A stretch of 41,664 bases of DNA from an uncultured Micavibrio sp. (lineage in GTDB: Bacteria; Patescibacteriota; Minisyncoccia; Moranbacterales; GCA-2747515), in NCBI GenBank assembly GCA_964427825.1, contig CAYRUU010000003.1, positions 1-41,664 of the forward strand. Reading direction: 5' to 3'. The notes below the pieces were generated by a model. That model was not told the origin of the DNA. It made no database searches and worked only from the letters and a program-made list of their open reading frames with translations. This document shows positions 7,977-16,302 of this stretch, in pieces. The position numbers and the translations under genes were made by a program. How positions within the stretch are numbered: the first letter of the stretch is position 1; every line of letters begins with the position of its first letter.

Positions 7977-8318
7977 TTACCGATTGTCGCCTTCGCTGCG
8001 GATCACACCGCGCTCCTTGCGCGAAAAAAGTTTGTCCAAATTCCCCCGTGCCACATCATCCAGTGTCACGCCAAGTTCCGTGGCAAGCTGCGCCACATAC
8101 CACAACACGTCGCCAAGCTCCTTCACAAGCGCCGCACGTTTCTCATCGCTCACTACACCACCATCATTGCGGATGATTTTCTTCACTTTTTCTGCCACCT
8201 CACCCGCTTCACCAGCAAGTCCCAATGTCGGATACACGATATTGTGCCCCGCATCGGGATACTGTACCGTCGCGCGCGATTCTTTCTGATATGTTGAAAA
8301 ATCCATAAACGTATACAA
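7977..8318 (-). CDS. MazG-like all-alpha nucleoside triphosphate pyrophosphohydrolase (small, single domain)
   Basis: 113-aa ORF with LGLAGEAGEVAEKVKK...ELGDVLWYVAQLA motifs. The start is ambiguous: TTG at 8318 or ATG at 8306 (MDFSTYQ). An AGGAGG sits 13 nt upstream of the TTG. Confidence 0.8.
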   Translation of the reverse strand: MYTFMDFSTYQKESRATVQYPDAGHNIVYPTLGLAGEAGEVAEKVKKIIRNDGGVVSDEKRAALVKELGDVLWYVAQLATELGVTLDDVARGNLDKLFSRKERGVIRSEGDNR

Positions 8319-8384
8319 AGATGAAAAGATACCTCCTGTACACAGTCTAGCATTTCTTGGTGTAAATGAAAAGGAGGAGGTTGT

Positions 8385-8418
8385 AAAAAGAAAAACCGCC
8401 GATAGAACCTATCGGCGG
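8385..8418 (-). terminator. Rho-independent terminator of the zinc-ribbon gene; the stop codon lies inside the stem
   Basis: Perfect 10-bp stem CCGCCGATAG (8396-8405) / CTATCGGCGG (8409-8418) with a 3-nt loop. On the minus strand it is followed by UUUUUCUUUUU. Confidence 0.6.
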
Positions 8419-8624
8419 GATGGTAACGTGCTCCAGCGGTCGCACTGAGCGCGTTCACTGGGGCGAAGGTTTGTGCCGTACACTGCTTGTTTGTGCCCAC
8501 AAAAAGAGCAGAGGAATTCATACATCTCTCCACGGCGCACATCAAAATGCGCGCTGTTGCCGCAACTGTGACAGTGCACCGTCACGATCCACGGACACAC
8601 ATACGACACGCGTGGTTTTTCCAT
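8409..8624 (-). CDS. Small zinc-ribbon protein (71 aa), function unknown
   Basis: The ATG at 8624 is preceded by AAGGAGG with a 6-nt spacer; the ORF track starts 2 codons earlier at a TTG. Cys pairs HCHSCG ... LCSFCGH. It has its own terminator. Confidence 0.6.
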   Translation of the reverse strand: MEKPRVSYVCPWIVTVHCHSCGNSAHFDVRRGEMYEFLCSFCGHKQAVYGTNLRPSERAQCDRWSTLPSRR

Positions 8625-8715
8625 CGCCAACCTCCTTGCGAAAAAAGAGAAAGGACACGCCTATCCACACAGTGCCACGCTTCATACCGCTTTGTCAATG
8701 CATCTTGCGAAATTG

Positions 8716-8724
8716 TGGTATACT
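8716..8724 (+). promoter_or_regulatory. Extended -10 element TGgTATACT upstream of the metallophosphoesterase gene
   Basis: TGGTATACTGAAAG lies 26 nt upstream of the ATG at 8751. It is almost identical to the dnaB element (TATACTGAAA). Confidence 0.35.
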
Positions 8725-8750
8725 GAAAGAAGACACAACACAAAAAAACT

Positions 8751-9950
8751 ATGTTCAAAAAAATATTTTTTATCACTATGGGATTGATGATTGCTGCCGG
8801 TGCGGGTGCTGGTTGGTGGTATGCACACACCAACCCCATCGTTGCCATTCGCGAAACCGTGTCAGACACGGAAATAGTCTACACAGATCCCGTTGCCACG
8901 CCAACATCAAAAACCGAAAAGCGCGCGCAGAGTCGCGTCGCCGTCGCTACAGCACAGGCATTAGAGCAGGCTGCCACCACCACAACGCCACCACAGCCAT
9001 TTACTTTCACCGTCATTGCAGATGCAGACAACTACAAGGCACCGTCGGGACACAACGACGAACTGGAGCCACTGTTGCAAAAAAGCGCCTCTCTCAAACC
9101 CACGTTCGGCTTTTTTTCCGGTGATCTCATAACCTACACCGATCCGAAAAACCTCACGGTGCTCAAAAATCTAAAAAGCCTCATTGAGCGCCACTACACA
9201 CAGTACTATATCGTGTACGGCAACCACGATCTGGAGTGTGGTGCGCAATGTTTTCAATCATGGCACGATGTATTTTTCAAAGACGATGCCAAGGACATCG
9301 CGGAAAAGCCCGCAACACTACCCCCTCCGACACCGACTGTGACGTCGCCCGCCGCAGTTGCACCGCAACCGCAAAGCGCGGACGATCAGACAATTACTGC
9401 ACTGCAAATTCCCACCACAGAAATTGCCAGTGGTATTGCAAAACCTGTCGCGCCACCTATTGATGCACCGCCAAAACCCTACCACTCGTTTGATCATGAA
9501 CAAACACACTTCATTCTCCTATCTGCCGGCTATCCTACCAAGTATGGCATTGATGATGCGCAAATGGCATGGCTGGCAAACGACCTCGCCGCCACAGCGG
9601 CGCGCAACATCATCGTGTTTTCACATGTGCCGCCGGTGAACTTTTTCAAAGAATCTACCAAAAAGTGCCGCGATATGACCTGCGACGAACCGCGCCGACA
9701 AAAACTCGTGGCACTGTTTGAAAAATACGGTGTTGATCTTGTCATCTCTGGACATGAACACGTCTTTGATCATAAGATCGTCAATGGCATAGACTATGTG
9801 ATTTCCGGCAATACCGGCAACGGCAAGCGCTACAAAAACACCACATGGAAAGACAGCTTCCTTTTTGTCACGGTAGAAGAACATCGCATCATTGTCACAT
9901 CGCTGTTTGCCGACGGCACGGAAAACCGCACATTTGATATTGCCACATAG
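8751..9950 (+). CDS. Membrane-anchored calcineurin-like metallophosphoesterase
   Basis: 399 aa with an N-terminal TM segment. Motifs: IADADNY, FFSGDLI, YGNHD, VFSHVPP, SGHEH. A Pro/Ala-rich insertion lies between the motif blocks. Confidence 0.82.
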   Translation: MFKKIFFITMGLMIAAGAGAGWWYAHTNPIVAIRETVSDTEIVYTDPVATPTSKTEKRAQSRVAVATAQALEQAATTTTPPQPFTFTVIADADNYKAPSGHNDELEPLLQKSASLKPTFGFFSGDLITYTDPKNLTVLKNLKSLIERHYTQYYIVYGNHDLECGAQCFQSWHDVFFKDDAKDIAEKPATLPPPTPTVTSPAAVAPQPQSADDQTITALQIPTTEIASGIAKPVAPPIDAPPKPYHSFDHEQTHFILLSAGYPTKYGIDDAQMAWLANDLAATAARNIIVFSHVPPVNFFKESTKKCRDMTCDEPRRQKLVALFEKYGVDLVISGHEHVFDHKIVNGIDYVISGNTGNGKRYKNTTWKDSFLFVTVEEHRIIVTSLFADGTENRTFDIAT

Positions 9951-9979
9951 ACGTGCACATTTGCTATCCGCCTCCCCAA

Positions 9980-11368
9980 CTAGACAGCGTCGCTTTCGGT
10001 AGCACGAGCGGCAAAATACGTCGCAAGTTCTTCCACAGCAACCGTCTCTTGCGCCCGCGTATGCAAGTTTTTGACTTGTACGACACCCTGTGCCTGTTCA
10101 TCGGCGCCCGAGATCACCACATAGCGCGCGCCGCGTTGCAGGGCGTACGTGAATTGGTTTGTAAATGTTTTGTCACGTAGTAGCGACACCTCCGTACACA
10201 TGCCGGTGGTACGAATGTGATCCGCTACTTGTGCATAAAACGCATCACCATCTGGCATGATCCGTAACACCACGACATCCGTCGCATAAGCAGATGGCGC
10301 TGCCATTGTTCCAAGTGTCTGGATGGCAGCAAACAACCGATCCACACCGATGGATGCGCCCACTGCGGGCATGTCTGCGCCCGTGAAACGGCGCATGATT
10401 CCGTCATAACGCCCGCCAGAAAACACGCTGCCAAATTGCGGCGCGTCGTCTAATGTCGTCTCCATCACCGTTCCCGTGTAGTAATCCAACCCGCGGGCAA
10501 TCGTCAAATCAATGTGCGCCATCTCTTCCGTAATACCAGCGGCGCGCACAATGGCAAACACCTCCGCCAACTCCTCCACACCGCGTAGTGCCTCCGGATC
10601 ATTGTGAAACATCTCCCGACACTGTGCAAGCATATCCTCCGTCCCACCGTGCAGCGCCAAAAACGCCATCGCTGTCTGTGTGCCGTCGTTACCCAAAAGA
10701 TCGCGCAACTGCGCCTGTACGGCATCCTCGCCAATTTTGTGTAATTTATCAATAATACGCAGCATCGCCTGCACCTTCGCTGTAAACACCGCATCATCAG
10801 CACGATCAAGACCCGCCGCTGCACCAAGTCCCGTTAATATGCGCCGATGATTGACGCGCACGCGAAAGTGTTCCACACCAAGCGCGCGCATCGTCCGCAC
10901 TATCATCATCACAATTTCCGCATCTGCAAGCATCTCATCGGTTCCCGCAATATCAACATCAAATTGTGTGAACTGTCGGTAGCGTCCTTGCTGTGGTCGT
11001 TCACCGCGAAACACCGGTCCCACAACCATGCGCCGCCACGGAAGACGCATACCCGTGCGGGCTGCGGCATCATATGGGTTTTGTGCAAGCAGTCGCGCAA
11101 GCGGCACTGTGTGATCAAAACGCAACGCTAATTCCTCCCCGTGCACATCGCGATTGACCACAGAAAAAATTTGCTTGGCGGTTTCCCCGTCATCGGCTGC
11201 CAGTGTGCGACGAAACTCCACCATTGGCGTTTCAATGGACTCAAAACCGAACGAGCGGAATGTCTGTGCAATGGCATCCACCATCTGCTGACGCGCACGA
11301 TGCGCTTCCGGCAAATAGTCCAAAAAACCACCGGGACGCACCGCATCCACAAGAGTGTCCTGTGTCAT
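9980..11368 (-). CDS. hisS: Histidine--tRNA ligase
   Basis: 462 aa. N-terminal GFLDYLP..., class II motifs (FRGERPQQGRYRQFTQ, GGRYDG) and a C-terminal anticodon-binding domain. Confidence 0.9.
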   Translation of the reverse strand: MTQDTLVDAVRPGGFLDYLPEAHRARQQMVDAIAQTFRSFGFESIETPMVEFRRTLAADDGETAKQIFSVVNRDVHGEELALRFDHTVPLARLLAQNPYDAAARTGMRLPWRRMVVGPVFRGERPQQGRYRQFTQFDVDIAGTDEMLADAEIVMMIVRTMRALGVEHFRVRVNHRRILTGLGAAAGLDRADDAVFTAKVQAMLRIIDKLHKIGEDAVQAQLRDLLGNDGTQTAMAFLALHGGTEDMLAQCREMFHNDPEALRGVEELAEVFAIVRAAGITEEMAHIDLTIARGLDYYTGTVMETTLDDAPQFGSVFSGGRYDGIMRRFTGADMPAVGASIGVDRLFAAIQTLGTMAAPSAYATDVVVLRIMPDGDAFYAQVADHIRTTGMCTEVSLLRDKTFTNQFTYALQRGARYVVISGADEQAQGVVQVKNLHTRAQETVAVEELATYFAARATESDAV

Positions 11369-11440
11369 AGTATATAAACAATAGCATTTATCCGTATCAT
11401 GTTATTCACTATACCACAACATGCACACGGTACGCTACTT

Positions 11441-11469
11441 TTGACGACTATGCAAAAATACGCCATAAT
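11441..11469 (+). promoter_or_regulatory. Sigma70-type promoter TTGACG-N17-CATAAT; the predicted transcription start coincides with the A of the def ATG (leaderless)
   Basis: TTGACG 11441-11446, a 17-nt spacer, CATAAT 11464-11469, then GCAGAT, then the ATG at 11476. Confidence 0.55.
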
Positions 11470-11475
11470 GCAGAT

Positions 11476-11985
11476 ATGACAACACAACAAACCACAACAC
11501 ACTCTACAGAGCAACTCCTCGCCGTGGCGCGTATTGGCGATGCTGCGTTGACGCGCGTTGCCGCACCGGTTGCCGACCCGAAAGCTGCCGATGTGCAAGA
11601 GCTCATTCGCGATATGTTCTATACGATGCGTATAGAAAACGGCTGCGGATTAGCGGCGCCACAAGTGCGCAGAGACGTGCGCGTTATCACCATGGACGTG
11701 GACAGTGTGCGTTATGCCATGATCAATCCCGTCATCACCGACCGCTCCACACAACTTGTCAGTTTTGACGAGGGTTGTTTAAGTGTACCCGGAAAATCTT
11801 ATCACATCATCCGCAACGACCATATCACTGTACGCTACTATGATCACAACGGCATTGCCCGCACACTCAACGCGCACGGCTTCCTCTCCGTTGTCTGCCA
11901 ACATGAAATTGACCATCTGGACGGCATTTTGATGACGCAACGCTATGACGAACAAAAAGCCCTGCGCGAAAAGTATGGCATTTAA
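11476..11985 (+). CDS. def: Peptide deformylase
   Basis: 169 aa with the three signature motifs GCGLAAPQV, EGCLSVPG and HEIDHLDG. Confidence 0.92.
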   Translation: MTTQQTTTHSTEQLLAVARIGDAALTRVAAPVADPKAADVQELIRDMFYTMRIENGCGLAAPQVRRDVRVITMDVDSVRYAMINPVITDRSTQLVSFDEGCLSVPGKSYHIIRNDHITVRYYDHNGIARTLNAHGFLSVVCQHEIDHLDGILMTQRYDEQKALREKYGI

Positions 11986-12018
11986 TCACGTACTATCGTT
12001 TTTTAGATCATCACATCT

Positions 12019-13197
12019 ATGCATTCATCTCTTGATATCATAAAAAAACCGCGACAGCCCCGCCACATCTCCGTGCACACCGACGCCCCATCGGGCGACA
12101 ACGCACAAGAGATCGCCGTGCACACACCCGTGCACTCCGCACAGCCCTCCAACGCGCCCACAGCAACAAAACAACCCGTTGTGGAACAGCTCGATACCGT
12201 GTCCACACCCACCGACAAAGTGCACTCCGTGGTCTTTATGGGCACCGGCATTTTTGCTGCAGATATTCTCACCGCTATTCTCGGCACACCGCGCTACCGT
12301 GTGGTACGTATCGTCACGCAACCGGACAAAAAAGTCGGCAGAAAAAAGAAGTCCACCATCAACCGCACACTGGCAGCAAATCCCGTGCGCGATCTTGCGC
12401 AACAGCATGCCATTCCTCTTTTTCAACCCGTCACGCTGGATGCCGACGCTATCAGCACCGTCGCTGCACATAAACCTGACCTACTCATCGTGGCATCCTA
12501 TGGGCGCATTTTGCCGCAAAAACTCCTTGATGCGGCGCGTATTGCTCCCGTCAATGTCCACGCATCACTTCTCCCACTCCTGCGCGGCTCTTCTCCGATT
12601 CACAACGCCATCCTACAAGGACATGCCGAAACCGGCATCACCATTATGTTGATGGATGCCGGTATGGACACGGGTCCGATCCTCGCGCAAGAACGTACCG
12701 TCATCACAGCACACGAAAAAACCAACCAACTCTGCGCGCGCTTAGCCCGCGTCGGTGGATCCCTCTTGATCACAACACTTGACGCACTCGTTGCCGGAAA
12801 ACTTTCGCCGCAACCACAAGATCATGCGCGCGCCACACTCTGCCAACTCATTGATCGTGAAGACGGTCACATCCAATGGACGAATACTACGGCGGACATC
12901 TACAATCGCTATCGTGCACTCTATCCGTGGCCCGGCATTTTCAGTTTTTGGGAAATTCATGAAGCGCAACTGCTGCGCATCCACCTGCGCACCATCCTCC
13001 CTGCCCTGCAACCCCTGGAAGAGATCCATGCACAGCTGATGTCCGGCACCGTCTTTATTGATCACGGGCAATTGTGCATCAAAACAGGTGATACTGCCAT
13101 CATCGTGGAGGCCCTGCAACCGGAAAACAAAGTCGTGATGCCGGTCTATGACTTCCTTAATGGACATAAGCATTTTGAGGGCACCGTGTTGAAATAA
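12019..13197 (+). CDS. fmt: Methionyl-tRNA formyltransferase (with a possible low-complexity N-terminal extension of about 70 aa)
   Basis: The canonical Fmt core starts at VVFMGTGIFAADIL (about 12229). HASLLPLLRGSSPIHNAIL motif and C-terminal domain are present. The ATG at 12019 lies 33 nt after def. An internal GTG at 12220 is an alternative start. Confidence 0.85.
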   Translation: MHSSLDIIKKPRQPRHISVHTDAPSGDNAQEIAVHTPVHSAQPSNAPTATKQPVVEQLDTVSTPTDKVHSVVFMGTGIFAADILTAILGTPRYRVVRIVTQPDKKVGRKKKSTINRTLAANPVRDLAQQHAIPLFQPVTLDADAISTVAAHKPDLLIVASYGRILPQKLLDAARIAPVNVHASLLPLLRGSSPIHNAILQGHAETGITIMLMDAGMDTGPILAQERTVITAHEKTNQLCARLARVGGSLLITTLDALVAGKLSPQPQDHARATLCQLIDREDGHIQWTNTTADIYNRYRALYPWPGIFSFWEIHEAQLLRIHLRTILPALQPLEEIHAQLMSGTVFIDHGQLCIKTGDTAIIVEALQPENKVVMPVYDFLNGHKHFEGTVLK

Positions 13198-13236
13198 ACA
13201 CACTCTGCCGTTATACAAAAAATACAACGCACTCCT

Positions 13237-14061
13237 ATGAAAAAATCCGATCAACACCTCCTGTGGCTTGGCATAATAATCATCATCGCTCTGATGGTGT
13301 GGACGTTAGCGCGTTTTATGGACAGCATGCAACCATCACCTACCGCACAAAGACCCCAAAGCACAACGTCCAACGACGAGGTCGCGTCCGTGACACCAGA
13401 ACGCACTTTCCCCACAATCACCGTACACAACCTCTTCACGGCAATGCAAGATAAAACGAATCCCGTCGTCCTCTATGACACCCGCCCGATGGCCTCCTAC
13501 GACGCCAACCACATCCCGGGTAGCTTGACAAGCGAAACATTTAACACTATGCGTACTGGACGGCGCATTATCCTCATCACTGACGACGGCGCGGAAACAG
13601 ACACTGTGCGCGCACTATCTCACACGATTGCCCCGGACAATACTATCACCCTTTTGGACGGCGGCATTGCCGCATGGCAAGCGGCAGGAAGACCCCTCGT
13701 CTCCATCACAACGCAGCCGGATTTTCTAACATCTGCAAAAGTACAATTCATTGAACCACGCGACCTTCAAGCAATACTTGCTGCGCCGACTGGACAACCC
13801 ATCGTCATCGTGGACACACGTCGTCCAGGAAATTTCGCCAACGGACACATTGCCGGCGCCATCAACATCCCCATCACCGAACTGGAGTTTCGTTACAGAG
13901 AAATCCCTGCCGGTGCACACATCATCATCTACGGCGCAACAGATCTCAGCAGTTTTCAGTCCGGCGCCTTACTCTACGATGTCAACATCTTCACCGCCAA
14001 AACCATCCGTGGTGGATGGGAGGCATGGGAAAAATACGGCTATCCCATTGTCACGGAATAG
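13237..14061 (+). CDS. Membrane-anchored tandem rhodanese-like domain protein with no cysteine
   Basis: 274 aa with an N-terminal TM segment. Two rhodanese-like repeats (YDTRPMASYDANHIPGS... and VDTRRPGNFANGHIAGAINIP...). The active-site loop positions read ITDDG and IYGATD, and the protein contains no Cys. Confidence 0.72.
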   Translation: MKKSDQHLLWLGIIIIIALMVWTLARFMDSMQPSPTAQRPQSTTSNDEVASVTPERTFPTITVHNLFTAMQDKTNPVVLYDTRPMASYDANHIPGSLTSETFNTMRTGRRIILITDDGAETDTVRALSHTIAPDNTITLLDGGIAAWQAAGRPLVSITTQPDFLTSAKVQFIEPRDLQAILAAPTGQPIVIVDTRRPGNFANGHIAGAINIPITELEFRYREIPAGAHIIIYGATDLSSFQSGALLYDVNIFTAKTIRGGWEAWEKYGYPIVTE

Positions 14062-14099
14062 CCGTCTTGTGTACATTTAGTACATCTCGTTTACTTCCA

Positions 14100-15305
14100 T
14101 TACGGTAGATACTTCCCATATTTTGCTGGATCATAGTAGCAGTGTGGATTGGGATACTCGTCGGGATCCAAACAACACTCCATATCCATATGCTTCTTCT
14201 TATTTGTCTTACTCTTACCGGGCTTATCGTTTTTCTTGGCACACACCTTGCGCCCCAATGCATCGCGCTTATACCACACGGGATGCGGCGCATTGACTAC
14301 TGGCGTCACCGGCTTGGGCTTCGGACGCACAATGTCAATATTACGAAACTGCGACGCAGCGGAAAAATACTCCGGAATGCGATTGGTCACCGCAACCATA
14401 AGGTCTTCCTGTGCACCATTTTCCGTCACAGTCACCGGCGTAATGGTATACATATACTGCCCATCCACGAGCATATAGAAGAGCACTGGATCATAGCACG
14501 GATCGTCAAATGGCACATAAAATTCCTCTGCGGGATAGTCACCCGTTTCATACAAGCGTCCGGCAACCACCTGACATGTCGTATGATCCGCTGACGCGCG
14601 CAAACGCGGATATTCGTCGGTATCAGCCACCTGCGGCGTTTGTTGGAGATCATACACAGCAACTTCAAACCCTTCTTGTTGCTGTATGGGTGATGATACG
14701 TTCTTTTTTGCAGCGACATCTTCAGAAGGTGTCGGCTTAAAAAATCCCACGCGATAGATTGCTTTGTTTTTATTTGCCGTTTTAGACATCTGTCGCACAC
14801 GCCAGTCCGCCGGATGCATCACCGTGAAGCCATACCACGCACTGCGATGTGTTTTCCACGTGGAGATATCTGTGTGATCCTGCACCGCAGTAACATCGTG
14901 CATATGCTGCTGTTCCGCAAGTTCTTCCTTTTCTATAGCACGCGCAATCACATCGTCGCGTAACCGTGTCTCATGCCAGCGTCCACCAGCATAAGCGCCA
15001 AAAAACAGCATCGCAGCCACACACACAATCATAGCGGATAAGAAGATCGTGCGAGCACGTGGCACAGTGACAACGCCAGAGAAGCGCTGCGAAACGCGTG
15101 CGACTCTTACTGCGCCACTGCGCACACGTGTAACACACGCCGCGCACAATGCGTTCACTGACACCATAATACGCTTTACCGTAGCGTTTTTGTGCACCTT
15201 TTTTGTCGACGCTTTTATCGTCGTTTCTTTTTTTGCCTTAGGATCTTTAGATAGTAGCTCTTTCACAGATGTGTTACCCGTGCGATTTTTCTTCTTTGCA
15301 GACAT
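14100..15305 (-). CDS. Hypothetical single-pass membrane protein (Lys-rich N-terminal tail, extracytoplasmic domain, Lys-rich/Cys-motif C-terminus)
   Basis: 401 aa. TM segment at about residues 86-106. C-terminus ...KKKHMDMECCLDPDEYPNPHCYYDPAKYGKYLP. I recognise no family. Confidence 0.7.
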   Translation of the reverse strand: MSAKKKNRTGNTSVKELLSKDPKAKKETTIKASTKKVHKNATVKRIMVSVNALCAACVTRVRSGAVRVARVSQRFSGVVTVPRARTIFLSAMIVCVAAMLFFGAYAGGRWHETRLRDDVIARAIEKEELAEQQHMHDVTAVQDHTDISTWKTHRSAWYGFTVMHPADWRVRQMSKTANKNKAIYRVGFFKPTPSEDVAAKKNVSSPIQQQEGFEVAVYDLQQTPQVADTDEYPRLRASADHTTCQVVAGRLYETGDYPAEEFYVPFDDPCYDPVLFYMLVDGQYMYTITPVTVTENGAQEDLMVAVTNRIPEYFSAASQFRNIDIVRPKPKPVTPVVNAPHPVWYKRDALGRKVCAKKNDKPGKSKTNKKKHMDMECCLDPDEYPNPHCYYDPAKYGKYLP

Positions 15306-15338
15306 GCCTTCACAATCATTAAAATAAATACGCCATCC

Positions 15339-15367
15339 ATTGTACTATGGCCTCCTCAAACGGTCAA
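15339..15367 (-). promoter_or_regulatory. Sigma70-type promoter TTGACC-N17-TACAAT for the 401-aa hypothetical gene
   Basis: Minus strand: TTGACC (15367-15362), a 17-nt spacer, TACAAT (15344-15339), in the 73-nt gap after ftsX. Confidence 0.5.
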
Positions 15368-15378
15368 ATGATGTATCG

Positions 15379-16302
15379 CTATCGCTCTAAGTAGCGCCGA
15401 ATGCCGATGGCGCTACTCACAAATCCAAGGACAGCACCCAGAACGAAAATCACACCCATCATCACCACAAGATCACTACCATAGATCGCCGAAAGGTCCA
15501 CGCCCGTCACAATACGCTGCACAAACGGATCAATGCCATAAACCGTTGCCACAAGTGCGGCAATCGCCACAAGCGCACTGACAGCACCGTAGAGAACACC
15601 CTCCACAATCGTTGGTACCTTGACATAGAGATTGGATGCACCAACGAGACGCATGACCTCAAATTCTTTGCGATGCGCATAGAGGCTCATCCGCACAGTA
15701 TTCAACGTCACCAGCACTGCAATCACCACAAAGATTACCCCAACGGCAAACCCGATATTGCGCACAAAAACAATCATTTTTTGAATGTCCTGCACTGCTT
15801 TCTTGTTGCGATCAAAGCTCGTGTTCATAATCAGATCGCCATACTCTTGATGCATGTATGTATTGATGTCTTCATACGATGCCGCATCATACGCCGTGAT
15901 CACCAGAGATGCTGGTAGAGGGTTTTCGTTGGCAATCGCCAATGCCTCTTGAATTTCCTTGACATCACCCTCGCGCGCCAGAAAATCCTGCATCGCCTGT
16001 TCGCGCGACACATAACGTATGGACGCAATCTGCTGAATGCGTTTTTCCTCTACGTCTTTTTTGATGTTTTCAATTTTTTCCGCCGGCACAGTAAGATCAA
16101 AATACACACTAACATTGATGCGCTCTTCCACAGTGTCAATGGCGCGCATCACACCGTAGCCAAGTAAAAGTCCGATACCAATGAGATAGAGTGCCAGCGA
16201 CATGATGACGACTGTCGCCAGCGTCAGCCACTTGTCACGATAGAAATTGCGCACACCCTCGCGCAAGACACGCTCCAGTTTGATCGTTTTCATAGTGCGC
16301 AT
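15379..16302 (-). CDS. ftsX: Cell division ABC transporter permease FtsX
   Basis: 307 aa with four TM segments and a large extracytoplasmic loop, directly downstream of ftsE. An alternative ATG at 16293 forms an ATGA overlap with the ftsE stop. Confidence 0.88.
   Translation of the reverse strand: MRTMKTIKLERVLREGVRNFYRDKWLTLATVVIMSLALYLIGIGLLLGYGVMRAIDTVEERINVSVYFDLTVPAEKIENIKKDVEEKRIQQIASIRYVSREQAMQDFLAREGDVKEIQEALAIANENPLPASLVITAYDAASYEDINTYMHQEYGDLIMNTSFDRNKKAVQDIQKMIVFVRNIGFAVGVIFVVIAVLVTLNTVRMSLYAHRKEFEVMRLVGASNLYVKVPTIVEGVLYGAVSALVAIAALVATVYGIDPFVQRIVTGVDLSAIYGSDLVVMMGVIFVLGAVLGFVSSAIGIRRYLER

Noticed and set aside
7977-8624. The MazG-like NTP pyrophosphohydrolase plus the adjacent small zinc-ribbon gene as a toxin-antitoxin or nucleotide-depletion defence pair.
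   Set aside because: A strong terminator separates the two genes, so they are not co-transcribed. Small MazG-domain proteins are common housekeeping house-cleaning enzymes. No toxin-like domain is visible.
11369-11475. A T-box or other riboswitch leader upstream of hisS.
   Set aside because: The whole divergent intergenic region is only 107 nt, and the def promoter occupies part of it. That is far too short for a T-box (about 200-300 nt), and no specifier or T-box sequence was seen.
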